A stretch of DNA of 64,000 nucleotides from Spirochaetota bacterium. GTDB taxonomy: Bacteria > Spirochaetota > UBA4802 > UBA5550. The stretch is from the NCBI GenBank assembly GCA_050298055.1, contig JBNKTL010000010.1:37977-101976 (forward strand), given 5' to 3'. Shown here in pieces: positions 50,656-60,979 of this stretch. Position 1 is the first letter of the stretch; the number at the start of each line of letters is the position of its first letter. The notes below the pieces were generated by a model, which was not told the DNA's origin, made no database searches, and saw only the letters and a list, made by a program, of their open reading frames with translations. A program made the translations under genes and the position numbers.

Positions 50656-51023
50656 ATAAACCCGGGGTATGAAAGTTCTATCTGGTTATCATCCGGGTCC
50701 AGGAAAACCACGGTCCTGCCGTTCCTCAGATTTTCCGGACCATAGACTATGGTGATTTCATTCTCTTCAATCTCATCCAGGGCATCATCAAAGTCCTCTT
50801 CATCAACAAAAAATGAAATTGAGTTTTGCGTTCCTTCCTGATTTTTATAATCCTCTACTTCACTTAAGGATATAAGCAAATCACCCATTTTCAGAAATGC
50901 CTGGTCGGAACCGCTTATTTTATCAACAACATCGAAATCGAAAAGCTCCTTATAAAAGTTTATGGATCTCTCAAGATTGGAAACCGTCAGCCCTATATAG
51001 TTTAATTTTTCAATGACTATCAT
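50652..51023 (-). CDS. VOC/glyoxalase family protein
   Basis: LTVSNLERSINFY..F and FLDPDDNQIEL. Confidence 0.88.
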   Translation of the reverse strand: MIVIEKLNYIGLTVSNLERSINFYKELFDFDVVDKISGSDQAFLKMGDLLISLSEVEDYKNQEGTQNSISFFVDEEDFDDALDEIEENEITIVYGPENLRNGRTVVFLDPDDNQIELSYPGFM

Positions 51024-51071
51024 ATATACCTCTATGAGTTTTTACCTCAGTTGAACTTTCTCAAAATAATT

Positions 51072-51211
51072 GCAACTACTCAGTTATATGAAAAATATTA
51101 TTTATTCACTAAAAATATTAACAATATGTCCCCGCCGCCCTGGGCGGCGGGGACATATCAATTATTTTTTCTGTTAAATACGAATACTCTTATACATAGC
51201 TGAGTTATAAC
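51072..51211 (-). mobile_element. MITE copy H (140 bp)
   Basis: Ends GCAACTACTCAG / CTGAGTTATAAC. Perfect TSD AAATAATT. Hairpin ATATGTCCCCGCCGCC-CTG-GGCGGCGGGGACATAT. Confidence 0.88.
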
Positions 51212-51290
51212 AAATAATTTATATTGATTCTCTTATTTTAAAACACTTATATTGTCAATAAATATAATTACAGGAAATGAAAATATTATT

Positions 51291-51430
51291 GTAACTGCTC
51301 AAACTTAGAATAAGAACAATCATATTTATTAAAAACAGAGCTTATATGTCCCCGCCGCCTAAGGCGGCGGGGACACATTGTCGGCATTCTGTTAAATATC
51401 CATATTTCAGCCATACAGCTGAGTAATTAC
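51291..51430 (+). mobile_element. MITE copy I (140 bp)
   Basis: Ends GTAACTGCTCA / TGAGTAATTAC. 9-bp TSD AATATTATT. Hairpin TGTCCCCGCCGCC-TAA-GGCGGCGGGGACA. Confidence 0.88.
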
Positions 51431-51525
51431 AATATTATTTTTATCATCCCACAGCAGGGAAATACCCGTTATGATTTTACATTGATATAAATTCAATAGC
51501 CATCCGGCCGGGGGGGCCGTTTTGA

Positions 51526-52083
51526 TCACGGTTTGTGGACCTTGATCTTATAAAAGTATAGTTCAACCGTGTCTCCATAGCTGTCTCTCCCAATCCTGTA
51601 TTTCCTCACCCTGCCGGATACGGTGAAGAGCATTCCTGACCTCCACCATCTATTAACAAGGGTTCCATCTTTTTTAACGAGCTCCTTCAATTCAGCAACA
51701 TCAACCATGCCGTGCAACTTTAACCACCTGCACTCACGTAACTTACATATGACCTTTTTATCAATATGTGAAGCGGGTGATTCAATGATGTAGCTTCTGT
51801 CCGTTTCAATTCTTTTCCCGATTATACTTAAGAGGTGTGACTTCAGCTTCCTGAGATATGCCCTGCTGCTTCCATAGAGTCCTATCTGCCACCTGGTGTA
51901 GTATTTCTTTATTTTCAGGAAGTTTTCCTGGGCCTCATTAATCTCAGAAGCACCGGTTCTCTTTGGAACATCAGTTTCTTTTGAGAACGCTTTCCGGGAA
52001 AGATCAGGGGTCCCCGGACCCGTTGAAAACAGCAGGAAGAAAAGAATGGAAGCTGCCCTTATCTTATGACTTTTTTTGATCAT
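51526..52083 (-). CDS. Hypothetical exported basic protein
   Basis: 185-aa ORF with a signal-peptide-like N-terminus. Confidence 0.65.
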   Translation of the reverse strand: MIKKSHKIRAASILFFLLFSTGPGTPDLSRKAFSKETDVPKRTGASEINEAQENFLKIKKYYTRWQIGLYGSSRAYLRKLKSHLLSIIGKRIETDRSYIIESPASHIDKKVICKLRECRWLKLHGMVDVAELKELVKKDGTLVNRWWRSGMLFTVSGRVRKYRIGRDSYGDTVELYFYKIKVHKP

Positions 52084-52168
52084 CTTTAATTTTTTTATTT
52101 CCCATGGTTTCTCTGTGCCACTGCGGCCAATCTTTAAAAAAAGTTAAGTAGTAAATCCAGTTCCGGGA

Positions 52169-52468
52169 TTACTGTATATTTCCCACCACACCCTGACCGG
52201 GTTCATTTCGGATTTCACCGAACCTGGATTCGTACTCTCCGAGGTTTTGTTTCAGTGTCTCCAGAAGTCTTTTCGCATGGGCTGGAGTCATCAGTATCCT
52301 TGACACCATTTTACCGAAACCGGGCGGCGGAGACGGATGGATAAAGATGAAATCCATGACGAATTCATCTGCGGAATGACTGATATTCGTAAAATTTGAG
52401 AATCTTCCCACAGCTATGTTTTCATCAATCTTTATCTCTATCTTAATATCTTCCTGTCTCTGTGCCAT
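52169..52468 (-). CDS. DUF3467 domain-containing protein
   Basis: G.FSN..ISHS..EFVMDF..SRILMTPAHAKRL..L..N...YE.RFGEI. Confidence 0.88.
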   Translation of the reverse strand: MAQRQEDIKIEIKIDENIAVGRFSNFTNISHSADEFVMDFIFIHPSPPPGFGKMVSRILMTPAHAKRLLETLKQNLGEYESRFGEIRNEPGQGVVGNIQ

Positions 52469-52670
52469 TTTGTCCTCCGGTTTATCCTGTCATTTTTTAT
52501 CACAGATTATTTGAACAAATCGATTTTGTAAATGAGAATTAATATTCGGGAAATTTTTTTCACTTCATATCAATTCACCGCAAAAAGTTACCGTTAAATA
52601 ATACCATACATAAATTTTCATTGATTGGTTATTTACTATATGTTAAAATGAGCCGGAGAGGATAGTCGTT

Positions 52671-53663
52671 ATGTCGACCATTATAAAAGATATTGTTACT
52701 GTTTTTCTTTTTGCACTGGTTTTCACCACCTGCGGACAGGCGGAAAAAATAAAAAAGGGAAAAGTCACAATTGGCATTCAGGCGTCTTTAATATCAACAC
52801 CAATCATTGTTGCAAAAGCAAAAAACTATTTCAGAGATGAAGGAGTTGATGTAACCATAAAAAAATTCCCCAGCGGCAAAGTTGCCATAAAGAGCATGCT
52901 GAAAAACGAAGTTGATCTTTCCACTTCCGCTGACATTCCCATCATGATAAACAGCTTTTCCAGGAATGATTTCAGCGTTATTTTAACATTTGCATACACT
53001 GACAACGGCGCATGGATCATTGCACGGAGAGACAGGGGAATAAAAAAACCTTCCGGCCTGGAGGGTAAAACAATTGCCACCCAGAAGTCCTCTGCAGTGC
53101 ACTTTTTTCTGAGCCTTTTTCTTCTTCACAACCAGATACCCGAATCGAAGGTAAAGATCAAGTATATGAAAGCGGTGGATCTTCCCGGAACCCTGATAAG
53201 AGGAAATATTGACGCATTCAGTATGAGAAACCCCTTTATCAAAAACGCCCGGGATGCACTGGGACCCAATGCAATAGAGTTTTTTATGCCGGAAATATAC
53301 AGGCAGCGATTTAACCTTCTCGTTATGAAAAAGTATATCAGGAAAAATCCCGAAATAATTAACAGCATCATACGGGCATTATTGAAAACCAGGGATTTCA
53401 TCCTGAGAAAAGAAGAGGATGCAAAGAAGATGGCAGCCGAAGAACTTGGAATAGCCAATGACAGGGGACTTGAAAATGACTGGAAAAACTATGTTTTCAG
53501 AATCTCACTGGACCAGGCCTTTCTTAAGACACTGGAAGACCAGGCACGGTGGGCCATAGGAAAAAAACTAACCAAGAAAAAGACCGTACCGGATTTTTAT
53601 CAATTCATTGATCAAAAGCCATTAATGGCTATTAACCCTGATTTGGTCAGTATAATGAAATAA
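52671..53663 (+). CDS. NrtA/SsuA/CpmA-family substrate-binding lipoprotein
   Basis: Lipobox FTTC, then VAKAKNYF.DEG, LEGKTIAT..S and LEDQARW. Confidence 0.85.
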   Translation: MSTIIKDIVTVFLFALVFTTCGQAEKIKKGKVTIGIQASLISTPIIVAKAKNYFRDEGVDVTIKKFPSGKVAIKSMLKNEVDLSTSADIPIMINSFSRNDFSVILTFAYTDNGAWIIARRDRGIKKPSGLEGKTIATQKSSAVHFFLSLFLLHNQIPESKVKIKYMKAVDLPGTLIRGNIDAFSMRNPFIKNARDALGPNAIEFFMPEIYRQRFNLLVMKKYIRKNPEIINSIIRALLKTRDFILRKEEDAKKMAAEELGIANDRGLENDWKNYVFRISLDQAFLKTLEDQARWAIGKKLTKKKTVPDFYQFIDQKPLMAINPDLVSIMK

Positions 53664-53676
53664 TTTCCAATACCTG

Positions 53677-55998
53677 ATGAATATTAAACAGAAACTCTAT
53701 ATCAATGCTCTGGTCACGACAATTCTGGCAATTATTGTTGTTGTTGCGCTTCTCTATTCATCGAGTAAAACAGAAGACATTTATACGAAAGCCACCATAG
53801 CAGAAAGCGCCCACAGTGCCGTGTCCGAACTGGATATTCTTGCCTATGAATACCTCCTCTACAGAGAACAGCGAATTGAAGAACGATGGACAGACAAATA
53901 TTCGGCAATAAAAAAAATACTCAGGAAGTTTCCCGCATCTGATACTGATTTATTGGATATTATAGAAAGTGATTTTGAATTACTCTGGAAAATATTCAAC
54001 GAAGTGACTGAAAACTACAGGAAGATGCTCAACCTTATTGAAACAGGGGCATCCCGGGAAAAAATAGATCTTATCAAACAGCTTGAAGAAAGGCTTGTGG
54101 GACAGCTCCTTATAAAATCACGATCAATTATTACCAATACTTCACGGATTTCTGAAAAACTGAATCACAGGCATATCCGGTACCATCACCTGACCAACAG
54201 AATAGTAATTTCATTTACTCTACTCTTATCCGTAACAATTATTATTCTCTCCCTGTTCCTGCTCAAAAGCATATCAAGCCCCCTGGAGAAACTGTCATCA
54301 GGTGCGGCAGTCATCGGGAAAGGGGATTTGGATCACAGGGTTGATGTTGTCTCAAATGATGAAATCGGCCGACTGGCCATGGCCTTCAACAGGATGGTTA
54401 AAAACCTGAAAATCGTTACCGCGTCCCGCGATGACCTTAATCTGGAGATCCAGAGCAGAAAGAAACTGCAGGAAGAACTCATCATTGCCATAAAAAATGC
54501 TGAAACGGCAAAAGAGGAAGCAGAATCGGCAAACAGGTTAAAGAGCGACTTCCTGGCAAACCTGAGCCATGAAATACGCACACCTCTGAACGCGGTCATC
54601 GGTTTCAGTGAACTCTTATCGGGCAAGACATCTGATAAAACATGCAGCGGCTATATCCAATCAATCAAAACAGCCGGGAAGACACTGCTCAATCTCATAA
54701 CGGATATCCTCGACCTTTCGAAAATTGAAGCAGGCATTATCGACATTGAATATGATTCAGCTAACATACGGGACATATTCAATCATCTTAAACTGCTCTT
54801 TCAAATAAGATTTTCTGAGAAAAACCTGGATTTTATCATTGAAATTGACGAAGACCTTCCCGCAACTGTCATGATCGATGAAGCAAGACTGACACAGGTT
54901 CTTATCAATATCATAAGCAACTCCCTAAAATTTACGGATAAAGGTTATGTGAAGCTCTCTGCATTTGAAGAAAAAGAAAATGACTCGGATGAGTTCATAA
55001 GGCTGATAATCAGAATAGAGGATACCGGGATTGGCATTCCGGAAGAAGAACATGAACTGATCTTTGAAAGCTTTAAACAACAGTCAGACCAGGATACCGG
55101 CGACTATGGGGGTACGGGCCTTGGTCTTGCTATCAGCAAAAAACTGATTGAGATGATGAATGGTAAAATCAGCGTAAAAAGCAGAAAAGGGAAAGGAAGT
55201 ACATTTGATATTGAATTAAATGATGTGGAATTACTTAGTGAAAATGAGAAAATTAAAAGTGATTCATCCATTGATTATACACAAATAAAATTTGCCGGGA
55301 AAAAAGCCCTTGTTGTGGATGATAATGATTCCAACAAAAATCTCATAGTCGAACTCCTTGTAAACGCGGGAATGGAAGTGGAGACTGCAAATAACGGGAA
55401 AGAAGCGCTGGATAAAATCAGGAAATTTCAACCTGAACTTGTCCTTCTCGACATAAAGATGCCGGTAATGAATGGTTTCGAAACCATTATCAAAATCCGG
55501 AACAATCCCGATATTTCATACCTGCCTGTCATTGCGCTTACCGCTTCAGCAACAAATGAAAGCAGGAAAGAAATAAAGGATGCCGGATTTAACGATTACC
55601 TTTTCAAACCTGTAAATATCCTGAAATTATTCAGGAAAATATCCAATCACCTGGATTACCAGATCGAGGATATTGCGGACGCAGAAGATGACCTGGAAGA
55701 TTATTTAGATGAAAAGGGAATCTCTGAAAGCATTGCCGAAAACGGGGAACTGGTTCATGAACTTATAACCGGGACATTGCCCGGTATTGCAAACCAGAAA
55801 CATGCATTGAAAATAAAAGACGCACAGAGAATTTCCGAACAGTTAATCAATACGGGAGAAAAATACGGCAACACGACCGTCAGAAATCTTGGCAAAAAAC
55901 TGCTTTACTCTACAGAAGGTTATGACATCAGGAAGATAAGGAAGTTCTTAGGTATGCTGGAATCCGTACTTAATAAACTCAATGAAACCGGAGATTAA
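53677..55998 (+). CDS. Hybrid sensor histidine kinase (TM-HAMP-HisKA-HATPase-REC)
   Basis: DEIG.LA.AFN, FLANLSHEIRTPLN, DTGIG, GGTGLGL, and a receiver domain (VVDD..LLDIKMP..KP). Confidence 0.94.
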   Translation: MNIKQKLYINALVTTILAIIVVVALLYSSSKTEDIYTKATIAESAHSAVSELDILAYEYLLYREQRIEERWTDKYSAIKKILRKFPASDTDLLDIIESDFELLWKIFNEVTENYRKMLNLIETGASREKIDLIKQLEERLVGQLLIKSRSIITNTSRISEKLNHRHIRYHHLTNRIVISFTLLLSVTIIILSLFLLKSISSPLEKLSSGAAVIGKGDLDHRVDVVSNDEIGRLAMAFNRMVKNLKIVTASRDDLNLEIQSRKKLQEELIIAIKNAETAKEEAESANRLKSDFLANLSHEIRTPLNAVIGFSELLSGKTSDKTCSGYIQSIKTAGKTLLNLITDILDLSKIEAGIIDIEYDSANIRDIFNHLKLLFQIRFSEKNLDFIIEIDEDLPATVMIDEARLTQVLINIISNSLKFTDKGYVKLSAFEEKENDSDEFIRLIIRIEDTGIGIPEEEHELIFESFKQQSDQDTGDYGGTGLGLAISKKLIEMMNGKISVKSRKGKGSTFDIELNDVELLSENEKIKSDSSIDYTQIKFAGKKALVVDDNDSNKNLIVELLVNAGMEVETANNGKEALDKIRKFQPELVLLDIKMPVMNGFETIIKIRNNPDISYLPVIALTASATNESRKEIKDAGFNDYLFKPVNILKLFRKISNHLDYQIEDIADAEDDLEDYLDEKGISESIAENGELVHELITGTLPGIANQKHALKIKDAQRISEQLINTGEKYGNTTVRNLGKKLLYSTEGYDIRKIRKFLGMLESVLNKLNETGD

Positions 55999-56001
55999 TA
56001 C

Positions 56002-56586
56002 ATGAAAGACCTGAAGGCATTTTTACTTATTGTTGATGACAACCCGGTAAACATCCAGGTACTGGGAAACATGCTGGAGGATTCCGGTTACAGGACCGCG
56101 GCCACTCTCAATGGAAACGATGCTCTTAAATTCATCCAGGATGAGAAACCCGATCTTGTCCTCCTGGATATCATGATGCCGGAAATCGACGGTTACCAGG
56201 TATGCAAAATACTCAAAGAAGATGATGATCTGAAGGACATTCCGGTTATTTTTCTCACGGCAAAAAATGATACAGAGAGTATCGTCAGGGGATTTGAAGT
56301 CGGAGGTGTGGATTATATTTCGAAGCCGTACCATTCCGCGGAACTTCTTGCCAGGATCAAAACTCATCTGGAACTCAAGCACGCCAGAGAGGAAATTGTA
56401 TCATTGAGGGGGATCATTCCCATCTGTGCCAGCTGTAAAAAGATCCGGGATGATGAAGGCTTCTGGGCAAGTGTGGAAACATACCTGGAGACCCGCACCG
56501 ATGCCCGGTTTAGTCACGGGATATGCCCCGACTGTGAAAAAAAACTTTATGGAGATAAAGACTGGTTTAAGAATATGAAAAAATAA
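56002..56586 (+). CDS. Response regulator with C-terminal Cys/His-rich motif
   Basis: IVDDN..LLDIMMP..SKP, with C-terminal PICASCKKIRDD..SHGICPDC. Confidence 0.92.
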   Translation: MKDLKAFLLIVDDNPVNIQVLGNMLEDSGYRTAATLNGNDALKFIQDEKPDLVLLDIMMPEIDGYQVCKILKEDDDLKDIPVIFLTAKNDTESIVRGFEVGGVDYISKPYHSAELLARIKTHLELKHAREEIVSLRGIIPICASCKKIRDDEGFWASVETYLETRTDARFSHGICPDCEKKLYGDKDWFKNMKK

Positions 56587-56823
56587 AGACTCATCCGGCG
56601 GATTAAATTATTTATTGACACCATTCTCCCCTACTATAGATCATTATTTGATATCAGTTTTATCACTTGAAATTGCAAATCTGCCGCTGAAAGTTGGTTG
56701 AGTGTTAAATGTCGGATTGAAGAAAAGAGATTTAATACGAAACGTACGAAATTCACAAAGACCAGGAAAGAAGAGTGTAAGATAAGGAGATCGGGGGAAT
56801 ATAGAGGAGATGTGGGGATAAGA

Positions 56824-58749
56824 ATGACAGCAGACAAACTTAAATCAACCCTTCGTAAAATAATCGAAGGATCAGAGTATTTAGAGTCAATAAAATCCCT
56901 CAAAAACAGCGAAGGAAAGAGCAGGATATTCGGCAGCAGCGTCCGGGCACTTGATAAAGGGGAAATTGTCCGGCTGGAAGAGAACGGGAACAGGTGTGAA
57001 AACTGGAATGATATCATGGTCACGGAGGGTTTCACCACAGACTTTATCCATGATAATATCTTTACGGGTAAGTGCATACTGGGAGAATACCGGGGGGTTG
57101 TCATGGATACCGGCGACTCGGTGAGCATGAAATCGGGAATATACAGGTGCTGCATTGCCCATTCCGAAATTGGAGATAATTGCCTGTTATACGACAATGG
57201 TATTATTTCCCGCTATCTTATTCTCCATTCCGCCGTGGTCTTCAGGACCAACACGCTCTCTGCCTCCGGAGAGTGCAGCTTTGGCAACGGATACGGCCTC
57301 CGTGTGGGACCGGAAACCGGCGGACGGGAGGTACTTTCATTCGCGGAACTGACTCTCCCTGTTGCCGAAACAATCGCGTTAAACAGAGACAACCGGGAAC
57401 TTCTGGAAATTTACACTGAATTCATCACGGAATATACTGAAGCCGCCCGTGCCGATTTCGGGATCGTGGATTCCGGCGCGCTGATCAGGGGCGCAAACAG
57501 GATATATAATACATATATCGGAAGCCACGCCAGGATAAACGGAGCAGCGGGCATTGACAATACAAGTATCCTCTCATCAGAGGATGAACCCACGGAAGTA
57601 ACAGGGGGCTCGCTGGTCAACAACTCATCTCTCCAGTGGAACTCAGCGGTTTCATCAATGGCACTGGTGGAAAACTCCGTTCTCTGCGAGCACTCACATG
57701 CCGAAAGGCACGCGAAGCTTTCCCACACCATACTCGGCCCCAATTCCGGCATTGCGGAGGGAGAGGCTACTTCATGCCTCATCGGTCCGTTTGTGGGTTT
57801 TCACCACCAGTCCATGCTGATCGCGGCCCTCTGGCCCGAGGGCAGGGGAAATGTCGGTAACGGCGCCAACATCGGTTCCAACCATACATCCCGTGCTCCC
57901 GACCAGGAGTTCTTCTGCGGTGAAGGAGTGTTCTTTGGCCTGGGTGTAAACATCAAGTACCCTTCGGATTTCAGGAACTCTCCCTATTCGATTATCGCAA
58001 CCGGTGTTGACACGCTTCCCCAGAAGCTGGACTTTCCCTTCTCCCTGGTAAACAAACCGGGCCGGGTTTATGACGCCATTCCCGCCGCTCATAATGAGAT
58101 CTTCCCCGGCTGGGCCTTTTCTCATAATCTCTACGCGGTCATGCGGAATGAAAACAAGTTCAGAGAGAGAAACAGGGCCGCGAGATCGGACATCCCTCTG
58201 AAGATTTTTCGTCAGGAGATAATTGAAAAGGTCATTGATGCCAGGAAACGGCTCAGCCGGGCAGAAACAGGGGAGAATATCTATACCGAAATGGAGATCC
58301 CCGGGCTGGGTAAAAACTTTGCCACTGCTCACAGCTGTGTGAAAGGGATACAGGCATACAATATGATAATCGATTATTATCTCCTCATACAGCTTGCAGA
58401 AATACCGGATGAATTATCCGCTAAAGGCAGATTAAAAAAATTTGAAGATCTCATCTCAATGAAAACAGGGAACAGTGAATGGGAATACGCGAAGAGCATT
58501 ATTGCCGGGAGTGAAGACTTCAGCGGCAACCTCCCGGAGAGGCTCAGGAAACTTCCGGATGTCCTGGACCACCTGGTCGAGGGAGTTCTCAGTTCAAAAA
58601 AAAGGGACGATGCAAGGGGAATGAAAATCATCCATGACTACGGAACGGTAAACCGGCCCGCCGAAGAGGACAGCTTCATCATTTCATTTACAGAGAGAAT
58701 GGGAAAAATGAAGGAAAATGTCTCGGGACTGATAAAGAAACTCTCATAG
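56824..58749 (+). CDS. DUF4954 family protein (left-handed beta-helix-like)
   Basis: LEENGN.C.NW, GPFVGFHHQSMLIA.LWPEGRGN, GANIGSNH and PFSL. The ATG at 56824 is preferred over the TTG at 56698. Confidence 0.75.
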   Translation: MTADKLKSTLRKIIEGSEYLESIKSLKNSEGKSRIFGSSVRALDKGEIVRLEENGNRCENWNDIMVTEGFTTDFIHDNIFTGKCILGEYRGVVMDTGDSVSMKSGIYRCCIAHSEIGDNCLLYDNGIISRYLILHSAVVFRTNTLSASGECSFGNGYGLRVGPETGGREVLSFAELTLPVAETIALNRDNRELLEIYTEFITEYTEAARADFGIVDSGALIRGANRIYNTYIGSHARINGAAGIDNTSILSSEDEPTEVTGGSLVNNSSLQWNSAVSSMALVENSVLCEHSHAERHAKLSHTILGPNSGIAEGEATSCLIGPFVGFHHQSMLIAALWPEGRGNVGNGANIGSNHTSRAPDQEFFCGEGVFFGLGVNIKYPSDFRNSPYSIIATGVDTLPQKLDFPFSLVNKPGRVYDAIPAAHNEIFPGWAFSHNLYAVMRNENKFRERNRAARSDIPLKIFRQEIIEKVIDARKRLSRAETGENIYTEMEIPGLGKNFATAHSCVKGIQAYNMIIDYYLLIQLAEIPDELSAKGRLKKFEDLISMKTGNSEWEYAKSIIAGSEDFSGNLPERLRKLPDVLDHLVEGVLSSKKRDDARGMKIIHDYGTVNRPAEEDSFIISFTERMGKMKENVSGLIKKLS

Positions 58750-58751
58750 GA

Positions 58752-59912
58752 TCAGAACTCAATATTGATCTCATTCACCTTCCGGATAATACCGCTGAAT
58801 ATTTTCCTGCAGCTTTTACTGATTGTGAGTTTTTCGAGATTTTCAGCCGATTCTTCAATGAACTTCCCGTGAAGGGCAAGAGAAGCTTCCAGCCCCCCCG
58901 ACTCAACAATCATTTTGCGGATAGAGTTCACCTGGGCCTTTTTCTTCTTCCGCTCAGTGATAAGGGACCTGAATATCTTTTTCCCTTCACCTCCCAGTTT
59001 CTCTATGGTCTTCTGGACAAGTATTGTCATTTTGCCTTCGAGGATATCCGAGTCATTGGGCTTACCCGTTTCCTCCACTTTCCCGAAAACACCGATAATA
59101 TCATCCCGTATCTGGAAAGCAGATCCCAGGGGAAGGGCAAACTTCCTGATATTTTCCTTCTCCCCGCTGTCATCCCTGCCGGTGAGAATATATCCCATGA
59201 GCAGGGGATAATAAAAAGTGTAGTATGCCGTCTTCATGCTGATTATCTGCATGGGGACATCCTGGCTGAAATCCGCCTTCCGGGGAAGAGAGTGGAGCGT
59301 ATCGAGGATCTGGCCCCATGCTGTCATTTCATAGGTCATTGAGAAGACCCGGAGAAACTTCTTCCTCACTGCCGGCTTCATATCCGACTCGTTGATAATC
59401 TCAAGAGCATTGGACATGATCACGTCAGCCAGGACGATGGCAATATCGCTCCCGATACTTTCGTTATAGGTGTAACCGGAATAATTTTCATCCGCGGCAA
59501 TATGCAGGGCCTTCCCTCCCCTCCTGATATCCGACTCATCAATAATATCATCCTGTATCAGGAGAAAGGAGTGCATCATCTCAACGGCAGACGCGAGCCT
59601 GATAAGAGGCGAATAGTCCCCGGTCCTGCCCTTATAACCGGAATACGCGGACAGGAGGACCATGGGCCTGATCCTCTTCCCTTCACGGGTGCAGTACTCT
59701 TTCAGCATTTTATACATATCCGCAATAAACCCGATGCCGGATTTTTTTATTTTTTTCCGGTAATAGTCCATTATGAACTTATCAACTTCGGGGATAAAAA
59801 TGCCGCTGAACTCCTCAAATGAAGCAGGAATTTCTTTTAACCTGAATTCTTTCATACTGTAAAATTTATTAAGTAAAATATTATGATTCTCAGGAGAGGT
59901 TAAAAGTGTCAA
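58752..59912 (-). CDS. Polyprenyl synthetase family protein
   Basis: GKRIRP, LIQDDIIDESDIRRG, GQILD, KTA.Y and FQIRDD..SDILEGK. The true start may be the Met at about 59854. Confidence 0.92.
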   Translation of the reverse strand: MTLLTSPENHNILLNKFYSMKEFRLKEIPASFEEFSGIFIPEVDKFIMDYYRKKIKKSGIGFIADMYKMLKEYCTREGKRIRPMVLLSAYSGYKGRTGDYSPLIRLASAVEMMHSFLLIQDDIIDESDIRRGGKALHIAADENYSGYTYNESIGSDIAIVLADVIMSNALEIINESDMKPAVRKKFLRVFSMTYEMTAWGQILDTLHSLPRKADFSQDVPMQIISMKTAYYTFYYPLLMGYILTGRDDSGEKENIRKFALPLGSAFQIRDDIIGVFGKVEETGKPNDSDILEGKMTILVQKTIEKLGGEGKKIFRSLITERKKKKAQVNSIRKMIVESGGLEASLALHGKFIEESAENLEKLTISKSCRKIFSGIIRKVNEINIEF

Positions 59913-59995
59913 TGAATTATTTTTTGCTCTTTAATTATGCAGTAGTGAATTTAAAAAGGCAGCCTGACTTTTGTTGTACTCGACTTTCTTATTTT

Positions 59996-60571
59996 TTATT
60001 CTTTTTTAAACGCATGAACAAGAGGGTACATTCCCCACTCCCCGTATTTTTTCCGAAGCTTCTGTGATGTAACAATAAAATTGTCCGCAATCTCATACAG
60101 GCCCCACTGAATATGATATATCTTTTTTCTGGAATATCCCGTATAGTCGCCGATATAGACAGCATTCCCTTTTCTGACTTCAAAGGTATCAAGAAAATGC
60201 TTTAAATTTTCCGGAGGGTAAACACCAAGGTATCGGTATGACAATCTTGTCTCTGTGTTGAACAATCCTGAAATCCTGTACATCCCGGGATTGACTTCAA
60301 TTGCAAAAACCGGATCAGATCCAAAAAAAAGAAAATAATCCCTTGAGAACTCTATATGAAGCTTCTTGCCGCTCCCGAGCTCTTCGAGAACAAGCCCAAT
60401 ATCCGATTTATACACGCTTTTCTGATAAAAGCTGCCGAAGATATATGACTTATTGGCATCCGGTCTTGAGCTTTTACTTATTTTACTGGCCATCCCGGGA
60501 GTGGCGCAATTGTTGAATACAACCGTTAATGTAAGAATGGAAAATATTGATACGAATTTTAATAATTTCAT
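59996..60571 (-). CDS. Putative lipoprotein (paralogue of 61743-62276)
   Basis: Signal peptide ending FNNC. PGMYRI..F.V..G..VYIG pattern. Confidence 0.75.
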   Translation of the reverse strand: MKLLKFVSIFSILTLTVVFNNCATPGMASKISKSSRPDANKSYIFGSFYQKSVYKSDIGLVLEELGSGKKLHIEFSRDYFLFFGSDPVFAIEVNPGMYRISGLFNTETRLSYRYLGVYPPENLKHFLDTFEVRKGNAVYIGDYTGYSRKKIYHIQWGLYEIADNFIVTSQKLRKKYGEWGMYPLVHAFKKE

Positions 60572-60712
60572 TTTATTTTTCTATCCCAAAATATAATTAA
60601 TAAAAAAATAAGCTAATTTAAATTGTGTTTTTAAAATCCCTCTGCGTTATAAAATAACATTGACTTACACTTACCATGCGACAAGTGATTTGTCAATTCT
60701 AAATCTTCCAGA

Positions 60713-60934
60713 TTCCCGGCAGACTTTCTCATCATTATCGCAGGAGAGTTGTTTGAAATTCTCAGTAAACCGGAACCGGCCTCATCCCCAAAGCCCCTTC
60801 AGAAACCAGGGCCTTGAGAAAACTTCCGTACCACCGGAACCTCACCTGCTCAGCCTGGTCAGGAAAACAAACAGGCCGGGGACCCGGCCTGTTTGTGACC
60901 ATTGCGTCTCTATAGATAATATGCTGAGTGAATT
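60713..60934. repeat. Cassette-associated repeat unit, copy 3 (diverged)
   Basis: CCGGAAC..CATCC..AAAG..CCAGGGC..AACTT..CCGGAACCT, then palindrome ACAAACAGGCCGGG-GA-CCCGGCCTGTTTGT (60867-60896), then TGACCATTGC..TATAGA..TGCTG..TGAATT. Colinear with copies 1 and 2. Confidence 0.65.
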
Positions 60935-60979
60935 TTTGTCCTGCGAGTATGCAATTGAATACGCATTTAAAAAACGCCA

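Noticed and set aside
19347..51430. GC-rich palindromic repeat as a CRISPR repeat
   Set aside because: Copies are dispersed and embedded in TIR/TSD-bounded elements rather than regularly spaced, and no cas genes are present.
56698..56823. N-terminal extension of the DUF4954 ORF from TTG 56698
   Set aside because: It looks like a non-coding leader. The ATG at 56824 follows purine-rich RBS-like sequence and is the more plausible start.
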